Below are positions 17,829 to 27,593 of a stretch of 64,000 nt of DNA, piece by piece; position 1 is the stretch's first letter; each line of letters starts with the position of its first letter. The notes under the pieces are model-generated. The model had not been told where the DNA came from, made no database searches, and saw nothing but the letters and a program-made list of their open reading frames with translations. Source of the stretch: Bacteroidia bacterium. Lineage in GTDB: Bacteria; Bacteroidota; Bacteroidia; NS11-12g; UBA955. The stretch spans positions 39,503-103,502 of the forward strand of contig JAMNXP010000003.1 of NCBI GenBank assembly GCA_023653095.1. Reading direction: 5' to 3'. The position numbers were made by a program, and so were the translations under genes.

Positions 17829-19193
17829 TTATTTACCGATGCAAAACCTACTAAAAATATTGCCTAAAATCTCCTCAGTGTCAATATCACCGGTGATGGA
17901 TGATAAGGCACGCATACCAGATCGGAGGTGGAATGAGAGCAAATCTCCTGTCATACACATAGATATGCCTGACAAGAGCTGAACTAACTCATCGCTGCAA
18001 ATGCCTAAGGCGTGTGCGTGGCGAGCATTGGTGACAATGGTCTCACCCTCAAAAGAGCGCAATTCAGCGGTGAACCGATTGCGCAACTCAACCGTTAAAT
18101 CTAAAACCTGTTGTCGGTCACGAGCAATCACCATCAAGATGTCCGAATGAACCTCTTTGTACGCATTTAAGTCCCCCGAAAAAACATCCAACTTGTTGGC
18201 TACTGCCCAAATTCGACTCGATTTTTGGCTCAACAATTGGATATCACTGCGGAATTCATCCACGCTCAAACTCGATGGATCAAACAAATACAGCGTGGCT
18301 CCGCCGGCTTCAATGTGCTTGAAAGTTCTATTAATACCCTCGCGCTCAATGGCATCGGTGGCCTCGCGAATACCCGCGGTGTCAACCAAGCGAATGCGCA
18401 CATCTCCAAGGTTCATGACTTCCTCAATGGCATCTCGAGTGGTGCCTTCAATGTCACTTACAATGGCTCGATCTTCGTTTAGAAAGGCGTTGAACAAAGT
18501 GCTTTTTCCGGCGTTGGGACGACCAGCCAAGACCAACGCAAAACCTTTTTTTAGGGCGTTTCCGTAGGCAAAAGAATCTTTTAAATGATCTACCTTACCC
18601 TTCAATTGCTGCACCAAATTCACGAGTTCTGACCTAGACGCAAATTCAACATCTTCCTCGCCAAAATCAAGTTCCAACTCTATGAGAGACACAAAATGCA
18701 ACAAACGATCGCGTAAATCGGCGATGTCTTTTGAAAATCCACCCCTAAGTTGTTTGAGTGCCTGCTCATGGGCAAACTTGTGCTCAGCTGCAATGACATC
18801 GGCCACAGCTTCGGCTTGGGCCAAATCAAGCTTGCCATTCAGGAAGGCTCTCTGGGTAAATTCACCGGGTTCAGCCATCCTCACACCGCCTTTCAAAAGT
18901 GCTTTCAACAATCGCTGCGCAATATAATCACTACCGTGGTAGGCAATTTCTAAAGTATCTTGACCGGTATAGCTTTTAATCCCCCGAAAAACAGTAATCA
19001 AACACTCATCAATGAGTCCATCGGCATCGAAAATCCGTCTTAAAACTGCTGAATGAGAGTTGACATCTGCCAGCGATTTTCGCAAAAATTGATCAACAAT
19101 ATTTATGCAATTTTCGCCAGAGACCCTGATTAAACCAACAGCTCCCAATCCGTTTGGGGTGGCAATGGCAGCTATGGGTTCGTGTTGGTTCAT
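17829..19193 (-). CDS. mnmE: tRNA uridine-5-carboxymethylaminomethyl modification GTPase MnmE
   Basis: Start set at MNQHEPIAAIATP. G-domain motifs GRPNAGKST and DTAGIRE, and the C-terminal FCIGK signature. Confidence 0.9.
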   Translation of the reverse strand: MNQHEPIAAIATPNGLGAVGLIRVSGENCINIVDQFLRKSLADVNSHSAVLRRIFDADGLIDECLITVFRGIKSYTGQDTLEIAYHGSDYIAQRLLKALLKGGVRMAEPGEFTQRAFLNGKLDLAQAEAVADVIAAEHKFAHEQALKQLRGGFSKDIADLRDRLLHFVSLIELELDFGEEDVEFASRSELVNLVQQLKGKVDHLKDSFAYGNALKKGFALVLAGRPNAGKSTLFNAFLNEDRAIVSDIEGTTRDAIEEVMNLGDVRIRLVDTAGIREATDAIEREGINRTFKHIEAGGATLYLFDPSSLSVDEFRSDIQLLSQKSSRIWAVANKLDVFSGDLNAYKEVHSDILMVIARDRQQVLDLTVELRNRFTAELRSFEGETIVTNARHAHALGICSDELVQLLSGISMCMTGDLLSFHLRSGMRALSSITGDIDTEEILGNIFSRFCIGK

Positions 19194-19232
19194 ATTGCAA
19201 AAATACAAGGAAAATATTACTAACTTAGCCGC

Positions 19233-20897
19233 ATGCTCACCGATATTGAAATTGCGCAACAGGCCCAGTTAAAGCCCATTGCTGACATTGCCCGTGAAAT
19301 TGGAATTGGCCATGAATCGTTGGACCCGTATGGAAAATACAAGGCAAAAATTGAATTCAATCAAAATGCAGATCGCCGCGCTCTAAGTAAACTCATTTTA
19401 GTGACTGCCACCACTCCCAACAAGAGCGGAAGCGGTAAGACTACTACTTCTGTGGCTTTGACGCAGGGCTTACAGAAAATAGGAAAAAAGGCCATTGTTG
19501 CTCTTAGGGAGCCTTCTTTGGGACCCTGTTTCGGGATGAAAGGCGGTGCCGCAGGCGGCGGATATTCGCAAGTACTTCCCATGGAAGACATCAACCTGCA
19601 TTTTACAGGCGATTTTCACGCCATTACAGCCGCAAACAACACCCTTGCGGCACTAGTTGACAACTATCAGTATAATCACCGCGGAAAACCCACCCAATTG
19701 AAATCCGTTTTGTGGCGCCGCGTTCTCGATGTCAATGACCGCTCTCTGCGCAACATCAACACCGGTCTCGGCGGAAGCGCGAACGGCATTCCTCAAGAAA
19801 CTGGATTTGACATCACCCCTGCCAGCGAAATCATGGCCATTCTTTGTCTCTCAACATCTTTTGACGACCTTAAGCGCCGCTTGGGACAGATTCTTTTGGG
19901 TTATACTTTCGAGGGACATGCATTCCGCGTAGCTGATTTAGGGGCTGTTGGTGCATTGGCCATACTACTAAAAGACGCTATAAAGCCCAATTTGGTACAA
20001 ACCTTGGAAGGTGGAGCGGCATTCATCCATGGAGGTCCGTTCGCGAACATTGCACACGGATGCAACAGCATCATGGCCACATACGCCGCCTTGGAACACG
20101 GCGAATATGCCATCACCGAAGCCGGATTTGGGAGTGACCTCGGAGCTGAGAAATTTCTCAATATTAAATGTCGTGCAGCAGGTATCACACCAAAAGCCAC
20201 CGTATTGGTAACCACCACTCAAAGTTTAAAACTCCACGGCATGGTTCCTGAAATAGAAATCAAACTTCCTAACAAAGAAGGACTTTCAAAAGGATTGCTC
20301 AATTTGCAACGTCACATTGAAAACCTTCAAAATTTTGGGCAATCGGTCATCGTTGCGCTTAACCAATTCCACTTTGACACCGAAGAAGAACTTCAAATGG
20401 TTGAAGACTTCTGCAATCAATTAGGTGCAGCATTTGCAAGAAATCAAGGGTTCGCCAAAGGAGGTGACGGTGCCGTTGAATTGGCTAAAAAAGTAGTTGA
20501 AACTATAGAAAAGAATCCTTCAAAACCCATTCAACACACCTACGAACTTTCTCAGTCAGTTGAAGAAAAGCTCACCAACATCGTTCAAAAGGTATACGGA
20601 GGCGCCAAAGTCATTCTTGGCGAAAAAGCACTATCCAGCATGAAACAAATCAAAGAACTAGGAGCCGACCAATGGCCAGTATGCATTGCCAAGACTCAAT
20701 TTTCCTTCACAGGTAACGCCAAAAAAGTGGGCGTTGAAAAAGATTTCACCATTACCATTGACAACCTAATTATCAACGCCGGTGCAGAGTTCATTGTTGC
20801 TGTTGCTGGAAGCATCATGCGTATGCCTGGCTTACCCAAAGACCCAGCCGCAATGGGAATGGATATCAATGATGGCGTGATTACGGGGTTGTCTTAA
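19233..20897 (+). CDS. fhs: formate--tetrahydrofolate ligase
   Basis: 554 aa. MLTDIEIAQQAQLKPI.., the nucleotide-binding loop TPNKSGSGKTTT, and full-length resemblance to Fhs. Confidence 0.95.
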   Translation: MLTDIEIAQQAQLKPIADIAREIGIGHESLDPYGKYKAKIEFNQNADRRALSKLILVTATTPNKSGSGKTTTSVALTQGLQKIGKKAIVALREPSLGPCFGMKGGAAGGGYSQVLPMEDINLHFTGDFHAITAANNTLAALVDNYQYNHRGKPTQLKSVLWRRVLDVNDRSLRNINTGLGGSANGIPQETGFDITPASEIMAILCLSTSFDDLKRRLGQILLGYTFEGHAFRVADLGAVGALAILLKDAIKPNLVQTLEGGAAFIHGGPFANIAHGCNSIMATYAALEHGEYAITEAGFGSDLGAEKFLNIKCRAAGITPKATVLVTTTQSLKLHGMVPEIEIKLPNKEGLSKGLLNLQRHIENLQNFGQSVIVALNQFHFDTEEELQMVEDFCNQLGAAFARNQGFAKGGDGAVELAKKVVETIEKNPSKPIQHTYELSQSVEEKLTNIVQKVYGGAKVILGEKALSSMKQIKELGADQWPVCIAKTQFSFTGNAKKVGVEKDFTITIDNLIINAGAEFIVAVAGSIMRMPGLPKDPAAMGMDINDGVITGLS

Positions 20898-20900
20898 GAC

Positions 20901-21026
20901 GGCAATCAGCGGTCAGCTATCAGCGGTCAGCGGTCAGCGGTCAGCCGTCAGCCGTCAGCAATCGGCGGTCAGCCGTCAGCCAAGGACCAAGGACCAAAGA
21001 CCAAAGACCAAAATCCAAAATTAAAT
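20901..21026. repeat. heptanucleotide tandem array A (18 in-phase 7-mers)
   Basis: ggcaatc agcggtc agctatc agcggtc agcggtc agcggtc agccgtc agccgtc agcaatc ggcggtc agccgtc agccaag gaccaag gaccaaa gaccaaa gaccaaa atccaaa attaaat. The array starts 3 nt after the fhs stop. Confidence 0.95.
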
Positions 21027-21029
21027 CCT

Positions 21030-21065
21030 AAAAAAAAGCCCGGTGAAATTCACCGGGCTTTTTCA
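21030..21065. terminator. bidirectional rho-independent terminator (fhs / giant T9SS gene)
   Basis: A-run, then GCCCGGTGA-aat-TCACCGGGC, then a T-run. It sits between the convergent gene ends at 20897 and 21069. Confidence 0.8.
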
Positions 21066-21068
21066 GTA

Positions 21069-24000
21069 TTAATTAGGTCTAATCAAGTTGACCGAACCAT
21101 TCACACGATTGATCTTCTCCTTACCCTTGAATCGATATTCTAACTGGTAGAAATACGTTCCAGAAGGCGCATCTGGACCATCATTGTTAATTTGTCCGTT
21201 CCACTTAACCTTTGGATCTTCGCTCTTGAACACACGCTCACCCCAACGGTTAAATATGCGAATCTCGAAGTGATCATGTCCTTGCAATGGCACATCGAAG
21301 TAATCATTTTTACCGTCCTGGTTACCAGGTGTAAAAACGTTGGCTAAATAAATAAATAGGTCAACTACCACTGGTTTACATATTGTGTCCTCGCAGCCTG
21401 TTGAACTCTTGGCGATCAAACAAACCCAATAAGTATTTGAACTATCGTAAGACCATGTAACCTTTGCATCATTAGACTTCAAGTTTTCTAAGAATGTCTT
21501 CGGGAAAGAATTCGCTATATCATTCTGATGACCAAAACCCCATCTAAACTCAACTCCATTTACGTCTTTTTTAGTAAATACAAAATCTGGCTTATTTGAT
21601 GAATCGATATCAAAATCTGCAAATACCGAGTCAACCAAGAAGGTCAAGCTATCCATGTCTGATGGACACCAAGGACGTGGATGTTGCGGGTCGTAGTCTG
21701 CATAGTGATAAACAGTATACGTACCTGGATCATCAAACACTCTCGCATATCGCTTTGATCCAGTAGTGACCGTATCAGTAACGTATGTGCCTAACTTCTT
21801 GCTGTAATGAACAAACTTCCATTTGTAAACTTTGAGAATGGTGTCTGAATTATCTATGAAGATATTCGAATCACCAGGACAAATAGATGCTTTCAAGATA
21901 CTACCTCTGACAGAGTCCCTCGGAAGAACCAAAACTTGGAACTTCTGTTGGAAAGAATTAGTATCTGGATAAACGGCTGGACAATATCTGTAGGTATTTG
22001 GAGGCAAGAATAAGGTATCATACTGCTGCAAGTAGATTTCGTACAACCCAGCTTTGTTATACGTATGCCAAACTTTATTCTCGGTAGTATCATTCTTGAT
22101 GTTGCCATCGCCAAAGTACCAAGTCCAAACCGCACCATTAGTTGCTGAATCTGACAAGTTGCTAAATTCTATCGAATCTCCTACACAGATAGTTACAAAG
22201 TTTCCAGCTTTGGTGGTGTACTCGAACTTAGGACGGGGACCAGGAATTTTCACCCAACGAGAGAACGTATCTGAACAACCTTGATCGGTAAACAATACAT
22301 ATTGAATCTTAAACCAACCATTTCTGGTGTATTTATGACCTATACGTGGAGGCAATCCTTCACCGTTGAACTTCAATCTTTCATAATAATTATTGTAACC
22401 ATCTCCCCAATCAATGTACCATTTATTGATGAAGTCACAAGACATTGGAGTAGCACCAGTACAGTTCTTCATTGCCCAACTGCATGGATCATGCAAGATT
22501 GAACTATCAAAGAATTCGATGGTAGTATTACAACTTGGAACTTCAAGATTCAATCCGAATTTCACATCCAAACGGGTAACATACAAACGTTTAGTCATGG
22601 TATCCTTACAACCAGTGGAGTCACCTGCAATATTTCTGAAGGTGTAAACACCTGAGTCATTCTTGTAGTACAAATCACTACCTCCACCCAATTGAATGTA
22701 AGGATTGTTGGTTGTACCCACAGAGGTACCACCGTAAGGAGAACCTCCGAATATGGTCACTTTGTTGTTTGTATCATCATCAGCTTTGCTCCAATCCCAA
22801 CGAGTTCTTGGCTCTAGATTTTTACCGTAACGATTTGCATCTTTCCAATAATCATATTGAGTTGGATTTTCTAAAGGATTGGGATTCCAATAGTAATTCC
22901 AATCCCACTGACCGTTGTTCTGCGGATCTACATTGAAATAGCGATAATCAGGCGCAAATACTAGACTTTCACCCTGATCTTGACAAACAATAGAATCTGT
23001 AAACTTATCTTGAATCATCGCGAAACCCACAATAATCGGTTGTCCCCAGATAGCTTCACATTTTCCGTTGTTTGAAGTCATGCTCAAACTCATGATGTGG
23101 AAACCAGAATATTCAGGAACAAAACGATAAGCGGCAATTTTCTTCTTAGTTGCAGGATTAGTCCATGAGTCAATTGGAGTTATGCAAGAATCTCTATGAT
23201 GTAAAATAAAGGTTGAATCAGGATCTGGCACATAGTAGTATCTAATATCTTTACCGAATCCAGTGGTATCAATACATCCATAAGCACCTGTTTTGGGTTG
23301 ACCAATTACCCCTGTATCGTTCCAAATCATTTTAAAGATTTGGGCATCGGTTAAAGAGAAAGGATCAAACCCACGATCTTCCAATTTCTTCTTAATGTTA
23401 TCCCAAACTTTGGATACATCAGCAGCCATAGTATATTTTCTGATTTCAGCAGTAATAATAGTATCAGGTCCGTCATACACTTTTGCTTGTCCATCAAACC
23501 AATCATTTGAACATGCACCTTGATAAGGTCTTTCACGACCTCTAGTTTGAACAACATAATTATAGATATAATTCTTGTTTTGACCAGGTACATCTTTCTG
23601 ATAGTGGAAATAATCTTCTTGAATGAATGAATTCCAGCTTCTTGCATAGTACGGGCCCGCATCACCGGTAGACAACATCCATCTCATTGATTTCAAGTCG
23701 CGAGTATTGGTCTTGTTTGCTGCAATTTCGCGAACAATGATCTCATCCCACTTACAAATCTTACGGAAACCACTAAGCCCAGGAACTGGCTTAACAATTT
23801 CAGAAGCAGGGTCAATCAGAGGGAAGCAAGCAAACTTGTCGTAATAATGAGTATCTTGACACAAAGGGCGTTTTCCGTTGTTTCCGTTCCACTTAGTCCA
23901 CAGTGTCGCACCAGGAACTTTTTGAATTCCATTACCTACAATAATTCCCACAGTCACACATTGAGTCTTGGTATTACAAACACCTGATGCTGGGTACTGC

Positions 24001-26639
24001 CAAGAGAATCTGCTTGGTACACTACCACTCGCATTGTAAGCAGTATTCCACCATGGAGCTGGAGGATTCAACGGACGCATACCGGGATTCAATCCCGCTA
24101 ATGGCACCCAACCGTTGGGGTTACAGAAAGTATCGTAATTGATTTGAACTTCGGAGAATGAACATCCTGGCTTCAAGTCACTCAATATAAAGGTCACCCC
24201 ATAGTTAGGATTGGCAGCACCTAGACATTCTACCGCATCTTTGATCAATCCGCTACCAACACCTCCTGCATTTGCATGCAATAATGCCAATTGTTTAACA
24301 GCCTCACTCTCACATTTTAATACATGACAGGTATCCTTGTGAGTCAGTTTCACGTTGTTACATGCAGGAATACGAGAATAATACAACTCACGGAATCGGT
24401 TGTAGTTAATGAAGTAATCGAAACCAGCCTTACCCTGAGGTATGCGCTTAAATGAATCAATGATATTTAAGTTCTCACCTTTTGCCCATCTGATTTTCAT
24501 CAAATTTCTTGGTAAGGTATCACGTCTGAGATATAGTGTAAATAAATATTCGAAACTATCTGTTTTACTTTTTAATAATATATTCTGTTTCGGGCTCAGT
24601 AAAGTATCTCTTGGACCCACTAACATCTGTTCAGCACCTTTGGTACCAACATATATGGTATCCTTAGCGCCTAATCGAACTTTGATGTAGTCTTCCATGT
24701 AGCGCTCGGCTGGACCAAATACTTTTTTCTCCAATCTCCAGATAGGTTTTACAGAAGCACCACTTGCATTATACGAGAATGTGTCTTTTTCCCATCTTCC
24801 AATCCATTTTCCCGTGTTTACATCAAAAAAGAAAGTATCATTCCAATACGGAGGAATGGCCATCAATGAATCAAAATATACATAAAATACGGAGTCTGCG
24901 AAAACAGGCACCCTTTTACACAATCCGTTGCTATCTATGAAAATTGCATCTTCCATTGGACTTCTCTTGAAGTCTGACAACATCACCAAGTCCCAAGAAC
25001 GATAGTAATGAAAAGGAATAGAATCGTGTGAGAAAGCACAGTTAACGGTTACGTTCTTGTTTTTCACTACATCTGTAGTACATTTCGAACCGAAATTATC
25101 TCCAAAATCCCATAAACGAACCACACACGTTTTCTCACGTTTCAATGGGTCATTTCCACCGGCTGGAGTTGCTCCTCCCGATGGAACATAAACAGTAGAA
25201 TCTCCTCTAGTATTTCTCTCCTTTCTTACAGGAGGCTGCCAAATTTGAATGGGTTTTTTAGTGGCGTTATTCCATTGGAAGGTATGTCCTAATGCAGTGG
25301 TACCATTTTTGTAGAAAGTACTATCATCATCAGTGAAGTCCTTATCATTATGGTAGAATGTAGAATAGTTTCTAAATCCTACAGTATCCATCACATCTTT
25401 CGGGCACTGGTACACCTGCCAATCAGGGATACGATCACCCCTAATATCTATGGTTGAACTTGGACCTAAAATGATGATGGTATCATAAACTTCTCTGTCA
25501 CCACAAATTGGGTGCTTATATTGCAACTTAACTAAGAATGGGCCAAGGCCTGTAAAATCATGACTTGGAGACCAAGTTCTATTGTTAAAGTTTTGAGGAC
25601 CTGAATTCGGGTCACCGAACGTCCACAACAAACCACTCGCTCCTGAAGGAACAATATTGGTTCTGAAATCAATGGTTGGCTCAGAAATACAAGTACTATC
25701 CTTGCTTGCTAAAATGATTACATTCGAAGCAAAAACGGTTGCTGTAGCAGTCATTGTAAATGAATCCTTACAACCGTCTTTGGTTCTGATAATCAACTTA
25801 GAATTATAAACGCCTTGTCCATAAAAAGTTTTCTTTAAATCTGGGCCCCATGTTTTGGAAGTAATATTGGGATCAGCTTCCATCCACGTTGTTCCATCAC
25901 CCCAATACCACCAAATTGAATCAACCGCATTTACTCCTATACGAGACACATTTTTCACCAAAGCAGTGACAGAGTCACACTGAATAGGCTTATTACTGGT
26001 AAATGCCGCTCCAATTTTCTCTCGCACAAAAACTGCTCCAACCAGATTCTGTGTATCGGTACATCCATTTTTATCTACGGCCTCTACAAACAGATCAAAA
26101 GGCCCTCCACGAACATCTTTGATTGAAAAGCAAATCTTATTCGGCAGAACAGAAGGAGGGAAATCATAATCAAACAACTGTCCATCAGAAACCAAATATT
26201 GCGTTCGAATAACTGGCGAACCACTGGGTGTTTCAGTACTATCTATGAAACAGAATAAGTTGTTCTGAAAACACTGACTATCCAGAGTAACTATATTCAT
26301 CTTAATTTTTGGTTTCTCTTTGATCACCAAATTCACCGTGCTAGTACATTGCTGACCGTTTGACAAAGTGGTAATGTAAGTTGCCTTTGCATTACCTGCC
26401 TTCGCAAATGCAAACGTAGCATTCTGAGGACCGTTGTTGGTGAAGTCTGTACCACCATCATTGAATGTCCATTTGTGATTGCTACCTTGAGCACTTCCCA
26501 AGAAAGTAATTGGCGCACCTACGCACAAACTACCATCAAAAGTAATGTTACAGGTTTGAGCTGTCAGTTGAAACACTGAAAAAACCGACACAACGAAAAG
26601 TGCCAGCCAGCCTTTCAGATTTGAGGAAAATCCTTTCAT
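21069..26639 (-). CDS. giant secreted PKD-repeat protein with T9SS type-B (gliding-motility-associated) C-terminal domain
   Basis: Start set at MKGFSSNLKGWLALFVVSVFSVFQLTAQT (signal peptide). Recurring PKD-like W-x-F/W-G-D-G motifs: WTFNDGG, WYWGDGTTW, WTFGDPNSG, WDFGDNFG, DWGDGYNN, WYFGDGNI. The C-terminus NVFTPGNQDGKNDYFDV...IFNRWGERVF...WNGQ...GTYFYQL is the type-B CTD pattern. Confidence 0.8.
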   Translation of the reverse strand: MKGFSSNLKGWLALFVVSVFSVFQLTAQTCNITFDGSLCVGAPITFLGSAQGSNHKWTFNDGGTDFTNNGPQNATFAFAKAGNAKATYITTLSNGQQCTSTVNLVIKEKPKIKMNIVTLDSQCFQNNLFCFIDSTETPSGSPVIRTQYLVSDGQLFDYDFPPSVLPNKICFSIKDVRGGPFDLFVEAVDKNGCTDTQNLVGAVFVREKIGAAFTSNKPIQCDSVTALVKNVSRIGVNAVDSIWWYWGDGTTWMEADPNITSKTWGPDLKKTFYGQGVYNSKLIIRTKDGCKDSFTMTATATVFASNVIILASKDSTCISEPTIDFRTNIVPSGASGLLWTFGDPNSGPQNFNNRTWSPSHDFTGLGPFLVKLQYKHPICGDREVYDTIIILGPSSTIDIRGDRIPDWQVYQCPKDVMDTVGFRNYSTFYHNDKDFTDDDSTFYKNGTTALGHTFQWNNATKKPIQIWQPPVRKERNTRGDSTVYVPSGGATPAGGNDPLKREKTCVVRLWDFGDNFGSKCTTDVVKNKNVTVNCAFSHDSIPFHYYRSWDLVMLSDFKRSPMEDAIFIDSNGLCKRVPVFADSVFYVYFDSLMAIPPYWNDTFFFDVNTGKWIGRWEKDTFSYNASGASVKPIWRLEKKVFGPAERYMEDYIKVRLGAKDTIYVGTKGAEQMLVGPRDTLLSPKQNILLKSKTDSFEYLFTLYLRRDTLPRNLMKIRWAKGENLNIIDSFKRIPQGKAGFDYFINYNRFRELYYSRIPACNNVKLTHKDTCHVLKCESEAVKQLALLHANAGGVGSGLIKDAVECLGAANPNYGVTFILSDLKPGCSFSEVQINYDTFCNPNGWVPLAGLNPGMRPLNPPAPWWNTAYNASGSVPSRFSWQYPASGVCNTKTQCVTVGIIVGNGIQKVPGATLWTKWNGNNGKRPLCQDTHYYDKFACFPLIDPASEIVKPVPGLSGFRKICKWDEIIVREIAANKTNTRDLKSMRWMLSTGDAGPYYARSWNSFIQEDYFHYQKDVPGQNKNYIYNYVVQTRGRERPYQGACSNDWFDGQAKVYDGPDTIITAEIRKYTMAADVSKVWDNIKKKLEDRGFDPFSLTDAQIFKMIWNDTGVIGQPKTGAYGCIDTTGFGKDIRYYYVPDPDSTFILHHRDSCITPIDSWTNPATKKKIAAYRFVPEYSGFHIMSLSMTSNNGKCEAIWGQPIIVGFAMIQDKFTDSIVCQDQGESLVFAPDYRYFNVDPQNNGQWDWNYYWNPNPLENPTQYDYWKDANRYGKNLEPRTRWDWSKADDDTNNKVTIFGGSPYGGTSVGTTNNPYIQLGGGSDLYYKNDSGVYTFRNIAGDSTGCKDTMTKRLYVTRLDVKFGLNLEVPSCNTTIEFFDSSILHDPCSWAMKNCTGATPMSCDFINKWYIDWGDGYNNYYERLKFNGEGLPPRIGHKYTRNGWFKIQYVLFTDQGCSDTFSRWVKIPGPRPKFEYTTKAGNFVTICVGDSIEFSNLSDSATNGAVWTWYFGDGNIKNDTTENKVWHTYNKAGLYEIYLQQYDTLFLPPNTYRYCPAVYPDTNSFQQKFQVLVLPRDSVRGSILKASICPGDSNIFIDNSDTILKVYKWKFVHYSKKLGTYVTDTVTTGSKRYARVFDDPGTYTVYHYADYDPQHPRPWCPSDMDSLTFLVDSVFADFDIDSSNKPDFVFTKKDVNGVEFRWGFGHQNDIANSFPKTFLENLKSNDAKVTWSYDSSNTYWVCLIAKSSTGCEDTICKPVVVDLFIYLANVFTPGNQDGKNDYFDVPLQGHDHFEIRIFNRWGERVFKSEDPKVKWNGQINNDGPDAPSGTYFYQLEYRFKGKEKINRVNGSVNLIRPN

Positions 26640-26741
26640 AATTGAACGTTTTTCTACTAAATTGTCAAAAATAAACGATTTGCGTCGGAAACCCAAAGGC
26701 CAGACGTCGTTTGTTACTGTATATTTACTCATTTTCATGTT

Positions 26742-27593
26742 TTATCTAATTAAATTTAACACCCATTGGTCACCTTCCGACACTTGTGTCTTGGTATTTT
26801 TGGTCTTCAAAATCACCCGGTAAGATCCAGGCGAACAAGGTATACCTAAGTGATCTCCCGCCCACTTTCGGTTCTTATCGGTAGTCCCAAAAACCTTCAT
26901 CCCCGCTCTATTTAACACCATCAACTCAACAAATTCAGCCGTATTCAATTCCACAAAGAACGAGTCATTAATGCCGTCACCATTAGGTGTAAACACATTG
27001 GGTTTAATATCATTTTGGGCATTCATTTGTTCAGGCAAACCAAAGGTTTGAACTTCCATTTCATCATCCCCTGCCTCCTCTATTTTGACATTATTCGGAC
27101 TTTCGTTGCTTCTAAAGATTTGAACAATGGGACCCATATCTTCCATAGGTGGCCTCTCCACTTCAATCCTTTGATCTTCCGAAAGATCTGTCATTTCCAC
27201 TATCTGAGGATCACCAAAACTATACTTTTTCACAGTTGAATGTGACTCAATGATCATTGAGTCAGTAATCTTTGGTGCGCTTTTAATAACCTCAAGGGAA
27301 ATTTCTTTTTCTTCTTTCTGTTTTCCGGGGGATGTTTTGACCGGTTTCTGTTCATCATTTCCCAACCAAATCACACCGCCAATGGAAAGTCCTACAACCG
27401 CAGCCATACCCGCCACTTTCAAACCTATGGCACTACTCCAAACAGATGAAGCAGATTGACTCACAACCTGTTGTGAAGCACCCGAAGCCAAATTACTTTG
27501 AACCGCTTCCAACGAACCAGTTGGTGCGGGAACCTCGGCATTTCCTAATTTCAACCGAAATAATTCATCAATATGTTCCATGCCGTCAGTCAT
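26742..27593 (-). CDS. anti-sigma-like single-pass membrane protein ending in a T9SS type-B CTD
   Basis: 283 aa. Its start overlaps the ECF sigma stop by 8 nt (ATGACTGA). There is no N-terminal signal peptide but one TM segment (VAGMAAVVGLSIGGVIWLG, aa ~60-78). The C-terminus is PNVFTPNGDGINDSFFV...LNRAGMKVF...WAGD...GSYRVIL. Confidence 0.55.
   Translation of the reverse strand: MTDGMEHIDELFRLKLGNAEVPAPTGSLEAVQSNLASGASQQVVSQSASSVWSSAIGLKVAGMAAVVGLSIGGVIWLGNDEQKPVKTSPGKQKEEKEISLEVIKSAPKITDSMIIESHSTVKKYSFGDPQIVEMTDLSEDQRIEVERPPMEDMGPIVQIFRSNESPNNVKIEEAGDDEMEVQTFGLPEQMNAQNDIKPNVFTPNGDGINDSFFVELNTAEFVELMVLNRAGMKVFGTTDKNRKWAGDHLGIPCSPGSYRVILKTKNTKTQVSEGDQWVLNLIR

Noticed and set aside
19194-19232. 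ZTP/pfl-type riboswitch upstream of fhs
   Set aside because: Only 39 nt separate the divergent mnmE and fhs starts, which is far too short for the aptamer. No conserved motif is visible.
20901-21026. Possible CRISPR array (regular short repeats in intergenic DNA; the same applies at 50755-50908 and 57707-57923)
   Set aside because: The unit length is 7 bp with no unique spacers, and no cas genes are in the window. These are microsatellite-like tandem arrays, not CRISPR.
26640-26738. 33-codon extension upstream of the signal peptide of the giant T9SS protein. Similar extensions occur on mnmE (19194-19259), accC (41766-41873), the CcmB-like gene (41701-41799), ald (49624-49644) and the 59750 gene (61664-61753).
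   Set aside because: In each case the conserved N-terminus or signal peptide starts at an internal Met. The track simply reports the longest ORF, and some starts are TTG or GTG.
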